From Eledone cirrhosa (lineage: Eukaryota), in assembly GCA_964016885.1 (NCBI GenBank), contig OZ024750.1, positions 41,230,001 through 41,294,000 of the forward strand: 64,000 nucleotides of DNA. The letters are read 5' to 3'. The stretch's first letter is position 1, and each line of letters opens with the position of its first letter. This document shows, piece after piece, positions 42,140-54,990 of the stretch. Under the pieces are notes generated by a model. It worked only from the letters and a program-made list of their open reading frames with translations, searched no databases and was not told the origin of the DNA. The position numbers and the translations under genes were made by a program.

Positions 42140-42522
42140 GCACGTGGCTTAGTGGTTAGAGCATTGGGCTTGTAATCGAAAGGTTGTGAGTTCAATTCTC
42201 AGACCGGCTGATGTGTTGTTTCCTTGAGCAAGACACTTTATTTCACATTGCTCCAGTTCACTCAGCTGTAGAAATGAGATGATAGGGACTGGGGTCCCTA
42301 TCATTCCACTGTAAAGTGGTCGTGGAGGTGCCATGGCAAAAAAGCACCCAGCCCACACTGTATAGTGGACGTGTAGGCACCATGGCAAAAAAGCACCCAG
42401 CACTCACTGTAAATGAGGTTGGTGTTAGGAAGGGCATCCAGCTGTAGAAATCAAGCCAGAATCAGTTCCCGTCCCACCCTTGCCAGCAGGGAAAAGCGAA
42501 CGTAAAATGATGATGATGATGA
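42140..42522 (+). mobile_element. Full-length composite SINE family B (tRNA head, CORE-like domain, 50-bp repeat, RTE-like tail)
   Basis: A box GTGGCTTAGTGG, B box GTTCAATTC, CCTTGAGCAAGACACTT, (GAT)n tail; near-identical to 48768-49121. Confidence 0.9.
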
Positions 42523-42646
42523 ACCTAGAATGTTAAAGTGTGAGAATCCCCATCATAATGTCATGGCTTTCATTCCTTGCCTGGTTAGTGTCTTGTGCTC
42601 TTGAGCAAGCCACATAGTTTCCCATTGTTAGGATCCATATCATTAA

Positions 42647-43193
42647 CCCTTTCGTGACTGCATTTCTAATGAAATACACAATGTTAATTAATTAATGAAG
42701 AATTTTGAAGGATTTACTAAAATTATTAATTATTTTATTACTAAGGTAGTAATTTAGTGTAAGGTTCTTCTTACATAAAATTATGTTGGAAGATTTTAAT
42801 TTAAATTGGAAACCTTTTAAATGGGTGACTTTATTTCATAGAACCAGAGCTGGTTTGGGATGGGATGGTAACAGTAGAGCATTTACTCTATTACATTTTC
42901 ATGGTAAAGGTTTTATGTCACATAATATGGAATCTGAGATATTGATGATACTTATTTTGAGAATAAAACCTTAACATAAGTATGAGTGGCCGGGTATGGT
43001 CAATTTGAACAGAAAGAGGTGAGAGAATTCTAACTGGATATGGTCGGTTTAAATGCTAAAGTATTTATTTAAATGAAAGTACTTATTTTGAGAACAATAT
43101 CTTAACATCAGTTTGAGTGACCAGTTACAGCCAGTTTCAACAGAAAAAGGTAGAGAATTCTGGCCGGTTTTGGCTGGTTTGAACATTAAAGGG
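42647..43193. mobile_element. Chimeric piggyBac-type MITE: family 2 fused to family 1 with a duplicated end
   Basis: TTAA|CCCTTTCGTGAC... switches at ~42876 to AGCATTTACTCTATT (family 1) and ends in AACATTAAAGGG. Confidence 0.7.
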
Positions 43194-43312
43194 TAAAACT
43201 ACTCAAGAAACCCCTTACAATATGTAACTTAATAGTAGGCTAGCTAAACCTAAATAGGTGTGAGATATAAATAAAATTTTCTTTTTTATTTTTGAAAGTA
43301 AAAGAGATAAAG

Positions 43313-43580
43313 AGGCAGCGAATTGTCAGAGTCGTTAGAACATCAGATAGAATGGTTTGTGGTATTTATTCTGGCTCTCTGAGGTCAAATCCTGCTGAGG
43401 TCAACTTTGCCTTTTATCCTTTCGAGGTCGATGAAAAAAAGTACCAGTCTAGTACTGGGGTCAATTCTTCCTCTATATCTCTTTCTCATTTCCTCTCTCT
43501 CACTTTCTATCCACCTCTGGAAGAAATCTACTGTACTCAGGGTTGGAGAGGGATGGGCTCCACCAGGCTTAAAATGCCTG
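43313..43580 (+). mobile_element. SINE family A long-tail variant
   Basis: GGCAGCGAATTG...GGTCAAATCC...GCCTTTTATCCTTTCGAGGTCGAT...GGAGAGGGATGGGCTCC; homologous to 51318-51615. Confidence 0.85.
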
Positions 43581-46500
43581 AGATGACAGGTGAGTAGTCA
43601 TACCTAATGAGACAGGTGTGTAGTCATACCTAATGAGACAGGTGAGTAGTCATACCTAATGATACAGGTAAGTAGCCATACCTAATGAGACAGGTGTGTA
43701 GTCAAACCTAATGAGACAGGTGAGTAGTCATACCTAATGAGACAGGTAAGTAGCCATACCTAATGAGACAGGTGTGTAGTCAAACCTAATGAGACAGGTG
43801 TGTAGTCAAACCTAATGAGACAGGTGAGTAGTCATACCTAATGAGACAGGTGAGTAGTCATACCTAATGAGACAGGTGTGTAGTCATACCTAATGAGACA
43901 GGTGTGTAGTCATACCTAATGAGACAGGTGAATAGCCATACCTAATGCGACAGGTGTGTAGTCATACCTAATGAGACAGGTGTGTAGTCATACCTAATGA
44001 GACAGGTCAGTAGTCATACCTAATGAGACAGGTGAGTAGTCAAACCTAATGAGACAGGTGAGTAGTCATACCTAATGCGACAGGTGAGTAGTCATACCTA
44101 ATGCGACAGGTGAGTAGTCATTCCTAATGAGACAGGTGAGTAGTCATACCTAATGAGACAGGTGAGTAGTCATACCTAATGAGACAGGTGAGTAGTCATA
44201 CCTAATGAGACAGGTGAGTAGTCAAACCTAATGAGACAGGTGTGTAGTCATTCCTAATGCGACAGGTGTGTAGTCATACCTAATGAGACAGGTGAGTAGT
44301 CATACCTAATGAGACAGGTGAGTAGTCATACCTAATGAGACAGGTGAGTAGTCATACCTAATGCGACAGGTGAGTAGTCATACCTAATGAGACAGGTGAG
44401 TAGTCATACCTAATGAGACAGGTGTGTAGTCATACCTAATGAGACAGTAAGTAGCCATACCTAATGAGACAGGTGAGTAGCCATACCTAATGAGACAGGT
44501 GTGTAGTCATACCTAATGAGACAGGTGTGTAGTCATACCTAATGAGACAGGTGAGTAGTCATACCTAATGAGACAGGTGAATAGTCAAACCTAATGAGAC
44601 AGGTGTGTAGTCATACCTAATGAGACAGGTAAGTAGTCATTCCTCATGAGACAGGTTTGTAGTCATACCTAATGAGACAGGTGAATAGTCAAACCTAATG
44701 AGACAGGTGAGTAGTCAAACCTAATGAGACAGGTGAATAGTCAAACCTAATGAGACAGGTGTGTAGTCATACCTAATGAGACAGGTAAGTAGTCATTCCT
44801 CATGAGACAGGTTTGTAGTCATACCTAATGAGACATGTGAATAGTCATACCTAATGAGACAGGTGTGTAGTCATTCCTAATGAGACAGGTGAGTAGTCAT
44901 TCCTCATGAGACAGGTTTGTAGTCATACCTAATGAGACAGGTAAGTAGCCATACCTAATGAGACAGGTGAGTAGTCATACCTAATGCGACAGGTGAGTAG
45001 TCAAACCTAATGAGACAGGTGTGTAGTCATACCTAATGAGACAGGTGAATAGTCAAACCTAATGAGACAGGTGAGTAGTCAAACCTAATGAGACAGGTGA
45101 ATAGTCAAACCTAATGAGACAGGTGTGTAGTCATACCTAATGAGACAGGTAAGTAGTCATTCCTCATGAGACAGGTTTGTAGTCATACCTAATGAGACAG
45201 GTGAATAGTCAAACCTAATGAGACAGGTGAGTAGTCATACCTAATGAGACAGGTGAATAGTCATACCTAATGAGACAGGTGAGTAGTCAAACCTAATGAG
45301 ACAGGTGAATAGTCATACCTAATGAGACAGGTGAATAGTCAAACCTAATGAGACAGGTGTGTAGTCATACCTAATGAGACAGGTGAATAGTCATACCTAA
45401 TGAGACAGGTGAGTAGTCATACCTAATGAGACAGGTGAATAGTCATACCTAATGAGACAGGTGAGTAGTCAAACCTAATGAGACAGGTGAATAGTCATAC
45501 CTAATGAGACAGGTGAATAGTCAAACCTAATGAGACAGGTGAGTAGTCAAACCTAATGAGACAGGTGAGTAGTCATACCTAATGAGACAGGTGAATAGTC
45601 AAACCTAATGAGACAGGTGAGTAGTCATACCTAATGAGACAGGTGAATAGTCATACCTAATGAGACAGGTGAATAGTCAAACCTAATGAGACAGGTGTGT
45701 AGTCATACCTAATGAGACAGGTGAATAGTCATACCTAATGAGACAGGTGAGTAGTCAAACCTAAGATGACAGGTGAGTAGTCAAACCTAAGATGACAGGT
45801 GAGTAGTCAAACCAAAGATGACAGGTGAGTAGTCAAACCTAAGATGACAGGTGAGTAGTCAAACCTAAGATGACAGGTGAGTAGTCAAACCTAAGATGAC
45901 AGGTGAGTAGTCAAACCTAAGATGACAGGTGAGTAGTCATACTTAATGAGACAGGTGAGTAGTCAAGTCTAATGAGACAGGTGAGTAGTCATACCTAATG
46001 AGACAGGTGAGTAGTCATACCTAATGAGACAGGTGAGTAGTCATACCTAATGAGACAGGTGAGTAGTCATACCTAATGAGACAGGTGAGTAGTCATACCT
46101 AATGAGACAGGTGAGTAGTCATACCTAAGGTGACAGGTGAGTAGTCAAGCCTAAGGTCACAGGTGAGTAGTCAAGCCTAAGGTGACAGGTGAGTAGTCAT
46201 ACCTAATGAGACAGGTGAGTAGTCATACCTAATGAGACAGGTGAGTAGTCATACCTAATGAGACAGGTGAGTAGTCATACCTAATGAGACAGGTGTGTAG
46301 TCATACCTAATGAGACAGGTGAGTAGTCATACTTAATGAGACAGGTGAGTAGTCATACTTAATGAGACAGGTGAGTAGTCAAGTCTAATGAGACAGGTGA
46401 GTAGTCATACCTAATGAGACAGGTGAGTAGTCATACCTAATGAGACAGGTGAGTAGTCATACCTAATGAGACAGGTGAGTAGTCATACCTAATGAGACAG

Positions 46501-46757
46501 GTGAGTAGTCATACCTAAGGTGACAGGTGAGTAGTCAAGCCTAAGGTCACAGGTGAGTAGTCAAGCCTAAGGTGACAGGTGAGTAGTCATACCTAATGAG
46601 ACAGGTGAGTAGTCATACCTAATGAGACAGGTGAGTAGTCATACCTAATGAGACAGGTGAGTAGTCATACCTAATGAGACAGGTGAGTAGTCATACCTAA
46701 TGAGACAGGTGTGTAGTCATACCTAATGAGACAGGTGAATAGTCAAGCCTAAGATGA
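43577..46757. repeat. Satellite 3: 26-bp unit CCTAATGAGACAGGTGAGTAGTCATA, ~120 copies
   Basis: Period 26 (GACAGG at 43585 and 43611). Confidence 0.99.
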
Positions 46758-46949
46758 TGTATCTAATCACTGACTCAGCTGTCTCCAATGAGGTAGGGGG
46801 CGGGGGGTAAACACATTTGGTGTCAGAGTTAATGGTGCCAAGATGAAGTTTATGTAAAACAACTGAATTGAAGTGTTATAGGGTTTGAAAAGTAAAGTCA
46901 GGCTTCTACACAGTACTAGCACCATGTCACCTGCTTCATGGTTGAGTGG

Positions 46950-47190
46950 GGACACGGGACCTAGTGGTTATGGTGTTGGTTCCTGGGCTGGCTTGTGTGT
47001 TGTGTTCTTGAGCAAAACACATCATTTCATGTTGCCCCCAGAATCTTCAGCTAAAAATGAGTACCAGCAACAGCTGGGGGTTTAACCCTGAGATGGAGTG
47101 GCACCATGTCCAGGAGGGGTCTTAACACTATGAAACCAGGATAAGCACTGGCCTGATTAGCCTCCTGTCTTGAGACAGACTTTAAACTAG
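46950..47190 (+). mobile_element. Diverged CORE-like SINE
   Basis: TAGTGGTTA...TGTGTTCTTGAGCAAAACAC...TCAGCTAAAAATGAGTACCAGC. Confidence 0.6.
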
Positions 47191-47629
47191 AGAAATTTCC
47201 CCACAAAACACAAGAGCTGTTAATGGGCAAATGAACACCTCACAGTCAATGGCCATCCACCCCAACTATGGTTTAAATGGACTCACCAACCTGAAATTGG
47301 CCAAGCATGGTGAGTACAGCTACACCCCTGACAGGACTAAAACCAAACAGAAAGTGGTGGAGGTCAACCAGGAAGGGATTCCTCCAACAAAAGTGAAAAG
47401 GTTTGAAAGATAGGGCAAGACTACATCTCATAAGTGGTTTCTCAAGTATTAATTTATCAGAGCCCCAGTCGTATTGTGTAAAACAACAAAAAATGAAAAG
47501 TTATGAAAACTAGGGGAAGTGAACAGTTTAGCTGAAAACATTCACCCAGATAATCTACTTACTGATACTTAATTGCTAAAAGATCATCATCATCATTATA
47601 TCTGTTTTTCCATGCCTTTGTGGGTTGGA

Positions 47630-48060
47630 CAGGTCTTTTCCAGCACAGCTTCCCTTCAAAAACTGCCTTCCTATGTCATCTCCACTGTTGGATTTAGCAT
47701 TTTGAGATTTGCTCTCACCACACCTGCCCAGGTCTTCCTTGGTTTTCTTCTACCACAGCTTACTTCCACTAGAATTCTTGACACTTCTTCACTCAATAAT
47801 CATCATCTATATGCATCACATGTCCATACCAGTACAGTCGTCTCTCTTACACACTACATCTGATTCCGCTTATACCCAGTTTTTCTTACAACTCATCCAT
47901 GTTTTGTCATTCATGTACACTAATATAACATGTCTATACCAGTACGGTCTTCCCTCTTACACACTATTTTTGATTCCTCTTATACCCAGTTTGTCTCTCA
48001 GTCTATCCAAGCTTTGAAGTTCATTCCATGTTAACACCACACATCTATCAAATCATACTC
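47630..48060 (-). mobile_element. Decayed RTE LINE 3' fragment
   Basis: Minus strand ...RRLYWYGHVMH...GRRKPRKTWAGVV, RTE C-terminal motif. Confidence 0.7.
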
Positions 48061-48767
48061 ACATGATTTTACCCAATACTCAAATGTTTTATGTAGGCCT
48101 ACCAGTATATTGTTCAAAAGCTAAAGAAACTTCACACATGAAATCTAAGAAAGGTATTCTGTATGTTAACAAAACAAAATATTAGCTGTCACATTATACT
48201 ATATATATTAAAAAAATGTTTATATATATTTACCAAAACAAAAAACAAAAAACAAGTTTGCATTATGCATGAAGTAGACTTATACAGGAGTCATCATCAT
48301 CATTGTTTAATGTCTAGTTTCCATTTGCATGGGTTTGATGGGTTGTCCTATTTGAGGCAAGTCAGATCAGGTGACTGTGTCTTGTTCATTAACTTCAATT
48401 TTGTACCTAATTCTGTGTAGTTAACTATTTGTCTAGTCAATTTCTACAGGCTAGGAGAAATACTAGTTAAGTGTCATATGGCTGTACATCGCGGAAAAGA
48501 ATCTATATCATTTATCTATTATTTCTTCATAAGTACATTTTAAACGTATAGCCTCGTTTAAATGATTTTTTGTGTGGTTAATTTATACTGATTGGGAGAG
48601 GAAATACTGTATATATTTTATCTAATGATTCTTTGGACTTACATTTTTATAAATTGCTCTGATAAATAATTATTTAATTAATTCTTCATTGAGCCACACC
48701 ATGAATGGTTGCCAAACGCATATATGTATTTGTGACTTTGTCGAATTTATATATATATATATATATA

Positions 48768-49121
48768 GGAGGCATATGGCTTAGTGGTTAGAGCATTGGC
48801 CTTGCAATCGAAAAGGTTGTGAGTTCAATTCTCAGACCGGGTGATGTGCTGTTTCCTTGAGCAAGACACTTTATTTCACATTGCTCCAGTTTACTCAGCT
48901 GTAGAAATGAGATGATAGGGACTGGGGTCCATATCATTCCACTGCAAAGTGGTCGTGGAGGTGCCATGGCAAAAAGAAAAAAAGCACCCAGCATTCACTG
49001 TAAATGAGGTTGGTGTGAGGAAGGGCATCCAGCTGTAGAAAACAAGCCAGAATCAGTTCCCGTCCCACCCTTGCAAGCAGGGAAAAAGCGGACGTAAAAT
49101 GAAATGATGATGATGATGATG
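48768..49121 (+). mobile_element. Full-length composite SINE family B
   Basis: GGAGGCATATGGCTTAGTGGTTAGAGC...GTTCAATTC...(GAT)n; inserted next to (TA)n. Confidence 0.9.
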
Positions 49122-49744
49122 AATGATGATATACCCTTTGAATTTTATATATATATATATATATAGTATTAAGATTCAGCTTTTGCCCTAGCAGCACTGG
49201 TGTGGGAAGAGTACAGGAAGCAACACTCAAACTCTACACTCACCAAGGACAGTAACTTGAGTGTGGGCTGATATAAGACAGATGCCCTCAGTGCAGGATG
49301 AGAGACGGTCACAAAGTACTGTTCTGTATTTGGTTGAAACTGGTGCATGAAATGTTTTATTTACACTAAACTGTTTGTGTAAATATAATAAATTAGTTAT
49401 GGTGAGAGGAAGAGGTGGAGAGTTGAACAAGAGGAGTCGTTAGTAATGATAAAAGAGAGATAGAATGTGGGAGGGGGGGGGGGGGCATTTGATGATGTGT
49501 TAGTAGTGGCAACATGTTACTGAGAGGAGATTAACTAATCAGTCAGATAGGCTTTTTTTTTTTCAGGAAGGGATTTGGGATATGGTCTAAAATGCTGTGT
49601 GTGTGTGTGTGGTTGTGTGTAGTGTGTGTGCATGGTTGTGTGTGTAGTGTGTGTGCATGGTTGTGTGTGTGTGTGCGTGTGTATAGCAGCCACTTTGACA
49701 CAGATGTATGCAGTACTTCAGGCACATGTCCAAGGGTCAGAGTA

Positions 49745-50215
49745 ATTCTCTTCTTCTTCCACTTATTCCTGAGATGGAGTGGTGGAAGGGGGGGGGGGGG
49801 GTCAGAGTCCTCAAACACTCCTTCCAGCGGGTCCTGTCAGAAGCAACCTTCTCCAATTGCTCTGGCTAGATCTCCAAGTGAAACCAGCTTAGCTGATAAA
49901 TGTTAACCAACCATCTTACTTGGAGTCTACCTCTGGGTCTCTTGCCGGTTGGTTTTACCTATAAAATCTGTCCAGCAATTCTTTCGTGAGAAATTCTAAA
50001 CACATGTCTGTAATATATTCCAAGAAGTAGCAGCTCTATTTGCAGCGAGTGTTTGATCTCCAAGGCCCTTCGGAGGAACCTCATTTTGGCCACTTGTATT
50101 CGTGATCGTATTCTTTTGGTGATTATCCCTTCTTCTGATTACCAAATGCTGAAGCTGATGCATTACTGCACCAGCTCCTGCAATTCTTGCACTTAATTCA
50201 GCCTCCTGCATTCCA
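49745..50215 (-). mobile_element. RTE (Rex3/Expander-like) LINE 3' fragment
   Basis: QEAELSARIAGAGAVMHQL...; GKTNRQETQR...LSAKLVSLGDL; short (GAA)n tail near 49745. Confidence 0.65.
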
Positions 50216-50368
50216 TCGGTAATTCATGATGTGAATTGTCAACAAAAGGGGTTTCTCACAATGAGCTAATATGTAAACACTTTAGTATCCCCTCCCACCA
50301 AAAAAATGTTTACTTGCAAATATACATTGATTGGATCTAGAGAAATGGGCTCCACCAGATTTTTTTAA

Positions 50369-50912
50369 CCCTTTAGCATTGGCAGTATCGGTAGAGGGTT
50401 GGACGCCATGCTTTGACGCAAAGAGTTACGGCCCTTTCCATTCTGAGTTCAAATCCCGCCGCGGTTAACTTTGCCTTTCATCCTTACAGGGTCGATAGAA
50501 TAAAGTACCAGTAATACACTGGGTAATTGCTGGCCTTTTGCCAAAAGTAGAAACAATTATTATTATTGCATTTTCATGGTAAAAGCTTTATATCACATAA
50601 TATCGAATCTGAGATTTTGATATTATTTCTTTTGGATTGGCAGTATCGGTAGAGGGTCAGACGCCATGCTTTCCAGCATAGTTACGTCCCTTTACGATCT
50701 GAGTTCAAATCCCGCCGAGGTTGACTTTGTCTTTCATCCTTACGGGGTCGATAAAATAAAGTACCAGTAATGCACTGGGTAATTGCTGGCCTTGTGCCTA
50801 AAGTAGAAACAATTATTTCTTTTGACATCAGTATGAGTGGCCAGTTACAGTTGGTTTGAACAGGATGGGATGAAAGAATTCTGGCCGGATGAGGCCAGTT
50901 TGAATGCTAAAT
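50369..50912. mobile_element. piggyBac-type MITE (family 1) carrying two nested family A SINEs (50379-50567, 50635-50811)
   Basis: TTAA|CCCTTTAGCATT start; the second SINE is flanked by the 13-bp TSD ATTATTTCTTTTG (50622-50634, 50812-50824). Confidence 0.85.
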
Positions 50913-51317
50913 TATTAAATTCCCTAGAAACGCCATATATCAATACAGCACTCCTATGATTCTCTCAGGATGGAGTTACAGGAATACACACACACACACA
51001 CACACACACACTGATTGATGGAATTGCCAAAGAGACAATAGGATATTTTGCAGTATCTGGTCCAGCCATGTGTGCATTCTGAGTTCAAATCAGGAATTGT
51101 GACTGGCAAATAGATAGTATCAGCAATAGAAATATAGTTTTCTTAGTCTTATCTGATAGTTGGCACCCTTCTTTCTCAGGAATCAAAATTTATGAAGATT
51201 TTAATTTTGCCAAATAAGGTGTTTATTTAATAGTATTTAATAAAAAATTTTATTATATCAATAAATTCACTTTCTAAAACAATGTTTTGTTTTATTTACT
51301 ATATTATTAAGATTATA

Positions 51318-51615
51318 GGCAGCGAATTGGCAGAGTCATTAAGACGTCAGATAGAATGCTTTACGGTATTCGTCCCACCTCATTGCACGCTCTGAGTTCA
51401 AATCCCGCCAGGGGTCAACTTTGCCTTTCATCCTTTCGAGGTCGATAAATAAAGTACCAGTCCAGTACTGGGGTCAATTCTTCTTCTATAGAAAAAAATC
51501 GACTGTGCTCAGACCTGGAGAGGGGTTGGGCTCCGCTAGGTTTTAAAGTGCCCTAGACACGCCCTATGACAGTGCCTCTACGACTGCACAAGGAGCTATG
51601 GGATCTTTATCCTTT
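51318..51615 (+). mobile_element. Full-length SINE family A long-tail variant
   Basis: A/B boxes (TGGCAGAGTC, GTTCAAATCC), conserved central domain; TATTATTAAGATTA on both flanks as a probable TSD. Confidence 0.85.
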
Positions 51616-51724
51616 TATTATTAAGATTAGCTTTTTTGTAAAATGTATGTTTGGGGATTTCCAGAAAATTACAAAGTTTCCATGACAAAATACTATCCAA
51701 TGGGTAAAGATATTTTAACTTTAG

Positions 51725-51955
51725 CCCTTTCATGACTGCATTTCTCATGAAATACTGTTTTAATAAATTAATGAAGAATTTTGAGGGATTTACTCAAATT
51801 ATTAATTATTTCATTACTAAGATAGTAACTTAATAATGTAAGGTTCTTATATAAAATGATGTTGGAAGATTTTAATTTAAATTGGAAACCTTTAAAATGG
51901 GTGACTTTATTTCATAGAACCTGAGCCAGTTTTGGCTGGGTTGGTAACTAAAGGG
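51725..51955. mobile_element. piggyBac-type MITE (family 2)
   Basis: TTAG|CCCTTT ... AAAGGG|TTAG; homologous to 40195 and 42647. Confidence 0.8.
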
Positions 51956-52149
51956 TTAGCATGTATAAGAGGGGGAAATAACACCACCACCTTTCATTAC
52001 TGCTGAATACTAGCTGATCATTCGTTGCACAATTTGTATAGAAATTCTGGTTTTTGTTTCTCTACTTTACAAAAAGAAAGAAGAAAGAAAAAAAGAAAAA
52101 CAAGAAAGAAAAGAGAGGGCACAAAAACTCTCTCCTTAGTCTGCCAGAA

Positions 52150-52973
52150 GTTGACAAATGTGGGAGTGTTTTCTTAGAAGATTTTCATCCACATGTTGCA
52201 GTTGTTGAGAAGATAAGTCTGCATTGAGTGTCTGATTGCAGTTTAAAACTCAAAATGAATAATGCTGCTGTGATCCCACCATACACAGCATAACTTTTCT
52301 TCCATGAAACTCCACCTTTGGAGTAGGCAGCGGAGATTTATCCTTGGCAATCCACTGACTTGTATGTTGAACATTGTCATAAAAGACCCATTTTCATCAC
52401 CTGTAATGATATCCTTGAAAAACAGGTTATTTCTCTGCCTTGAAAGAAGACTTGTTGCTATGGATAAGCGATCTTCCTTATTTTTCTCACTAAGAGTATG
52501 GGGAACCCAAACGCCCAGCTTCTTCACTTTTCCTATCTTTTCCAAGTGGCAGCAGATTGTGGATTGGGGTGTGTTAAGGACATGTGCTAATTCTTGAGTA
52601 CTTTTGTACAGATTACATTCAACCAATTCTCTTAAAGCATATCCTCAGAACGAAACTTTGAAAACCAGTTTTTGACTTGGCGGTCAGTAATGACAACTTG
52701 ACCATAAAAACGACACATTTTCTTAGCTGTTTCTGTAGGATTTTTGTTATTCTTAAACTCCCACAACATTATGTGTCGAATATACATCTCAGTTCCTCCA
52801 TTTTAGGGGTGAAATCATAGATTAAATTATGATGCGCGCTCTTTCACTAATGAAATAAGAATGACCGATGAAGACTCTCTCTAATCAGGAAATTTCTGGT
52901 TGGTTTTAAAACATTGGAAGTTTGAAATGTGTAGTTACTTGCTTTTAAACAATGGAAATTATTTATGACTCAA

Positions 52974-52978
<5 letters not shown>
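52150..52978 (-). pseudogene. Mariner transposase relic (5' TIR, HTH and N-terminal DD34D region), frameshifted
   Basis: IRHIMLWEFK...NWFSKFRS; KLGVWVPHTL (WVPHEL motif); IITGDE; TIR-like GGAAATTATTTATGACTCAACCATA. Confidence 0.9.
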
Positions 52979-53040
<62 letters not shown>

Positions 53041-53379
53041 GTTTCAATCCCTCAACAATTTTTTATTTTCAAAATTCATTGAAAATTGTGGGCAGTGTAG
53101 AGTATTTGATTAGAAATATGATCTGACCTGATACTTCAGTCCCACATAGCCCAATATGACCAGAAATAGGAAGCGACGGAGGTCAACCAGGGAGGGGTTC
53201 CTCCAACAGGAGTGAGAAGGCCCTGGATTTTTGGATGATAAAAGTATTTTAATGTATTTGATATTATAATCTGGGACTAGGACAGTCCCTTAGCCAAAAT
53301 ATTACATCAAATTGAAATACTGTCGACTGAAGGATAAAGATACCTCCCTCTCTCTCATTCACTGTCTTTCTCTCCCATA

Positions 53380-53604
53380 CAGGGTGTATCAAAAACAATC
53401 ATCTGATTTCAAAAGTCTATATTTTTTAAACAAATGATCATATAATCATGTGGTAACTTGTACAATACATGTCTGAATATAAAGTTTTATTTATAATTTT
53501 TACAAATGCTCAATATGGCCTCCTCCCGACATAAACCTTTCTACACGATAATCAAACTCGTCCCATACTTGAATATATCTGGTACTTCTTTTTGATACAC
53601 CCTT
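53380..53604. mobile_element. Tc1/mariner-type MITE or deletion derivative
   Basis: TA|CAGGGTGTATCAAAAA ... TTTTTGATACACCCTT|TA. Confidence 0.8.
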
Positions 53605-53947
53605 TAATTAATTTGAAAATCACACGAGTGTCAGTTATTAAAGAAAATTAGATTAAATTTTTTTTTTTTTTTAAATACTGTAGATGTTGCAGTTATTTTT
53701 TACATTATTAAAAAACAAAAAATACATAATTTTAAACTATATAATATTTGTATAATAACTACCTGACATTCCATCATTAACGTCACTACCACCAACAACA
53801 AATGTGTATTAAATCAATAAAAATATATTTATTTAACACTTAGATGACATAATCGGTCAATTAGACGTCAAAGGTGTTTCGTAAAAACCTAAAATTACGA
53901 ACCATTAACCGATTACATATGAAATAATAACTATTATTAGATGTAAT

Positions 53948-54990
53948 AGCGAATTGGCAGTAGAATCAGTAGAGCGTCGAACAATATGCTTTGTAGCATA
54001 GTGTTGCAGCCCTTTATATTCTAAGTTCAAATCCCACCGAAGTTAACTTTGCCTTTCATCCTGACGAGGACCATCAAATAAAGTGGAGTCGATTTAATCG
54101 ACTTTCCCTTTCCCAAAAAATTGTGCCAAAAGTAGAATCAATTATTAGATGCAATAACAGTCCTTAAAATGCCCCCTTACCCCACAAAATAAAAGTACTA
54201 CAGGCAGACCAATAATTATCATCAATATTATTTGTTATTGTCCATATTTCCGATAAATGTATATACTGTAGACAGATGACAGGAAAAATATTGTGTAGAA
54301 AACATCCAAGCAGACATGCTTGTTTGTTTAAGTGGTTCGTTTGTCAAGATTAGAGAAAGTGATTGCTGAAGTGGTATATCTTCTCTTTTATAAACGGATA
54401 TTGTAAAAAGAGAAAATGTGAAAAAATAAGAAAATAAATAGAAAAGGATACGATGAGATTAAGACAAAGGAACTGGAAATAATATTCAATCTTGTTTTGT
54501 TTCAATTTAACTCCGTATGGCGCTCCAAGTAGGCAGTGTTCCATGCAGTGTTAATTACTCTAAATAAATAATCCTATTGCTAAAACATTCAAGACCATCG
54601 ACGTTTAATATTTCTACTGTAATAATAATGGTTTCTGGTTTAGGCACAAGGCCAACAATTTTGGGGGAAAAAAAGGGAAAAAAAATCGATATCGATCAGT
54701 ACATTACTGGTACTTTATTTTATCGACCCCGTGAGGATGAAAGGCAAAGCTAACCTCAATGGAATAATAATAAGATTAATTATTAGAAATAATAATAATT
54801 GTTTCTACTTTTGGCACAAGGCCCGAAATTACCCAGTGTATTACTGGTACTTTATTTTATCGACTCCGTAAGGATGAAAGGCAAAGTTAACCTTAATAAT
54901 GGTTTAGGTACAAGACAAAGGTATTTGGAGGAGGAAGAAATCGATTAATTCGATCTCAGTATGTTACTGGTACTTTATTTTATTTGAACT
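53948..54990. mobile_element. SINE family A cluster (53948-54146 +; three partial minus copies at 54622-54990)
   Basis: Repeated ACTGGTACTTTATTTTATCGAC...GGATGAAAGGCAAAG motif. Confidence 0.8.

Noticed and set aside
42140-42210. tRNA genes at SINE heads (also 48768, 51318, 61517)
   Set aside because: A/B boxes are present but there is no complete cloverleaf, and each continues into a SINE body.
49244-49323. Candidate 80-nt minus-strand exon (CAG ... GTGAGT)
   Set aside because: Weak acceptor, and no frame matches the FAPP PH domain.
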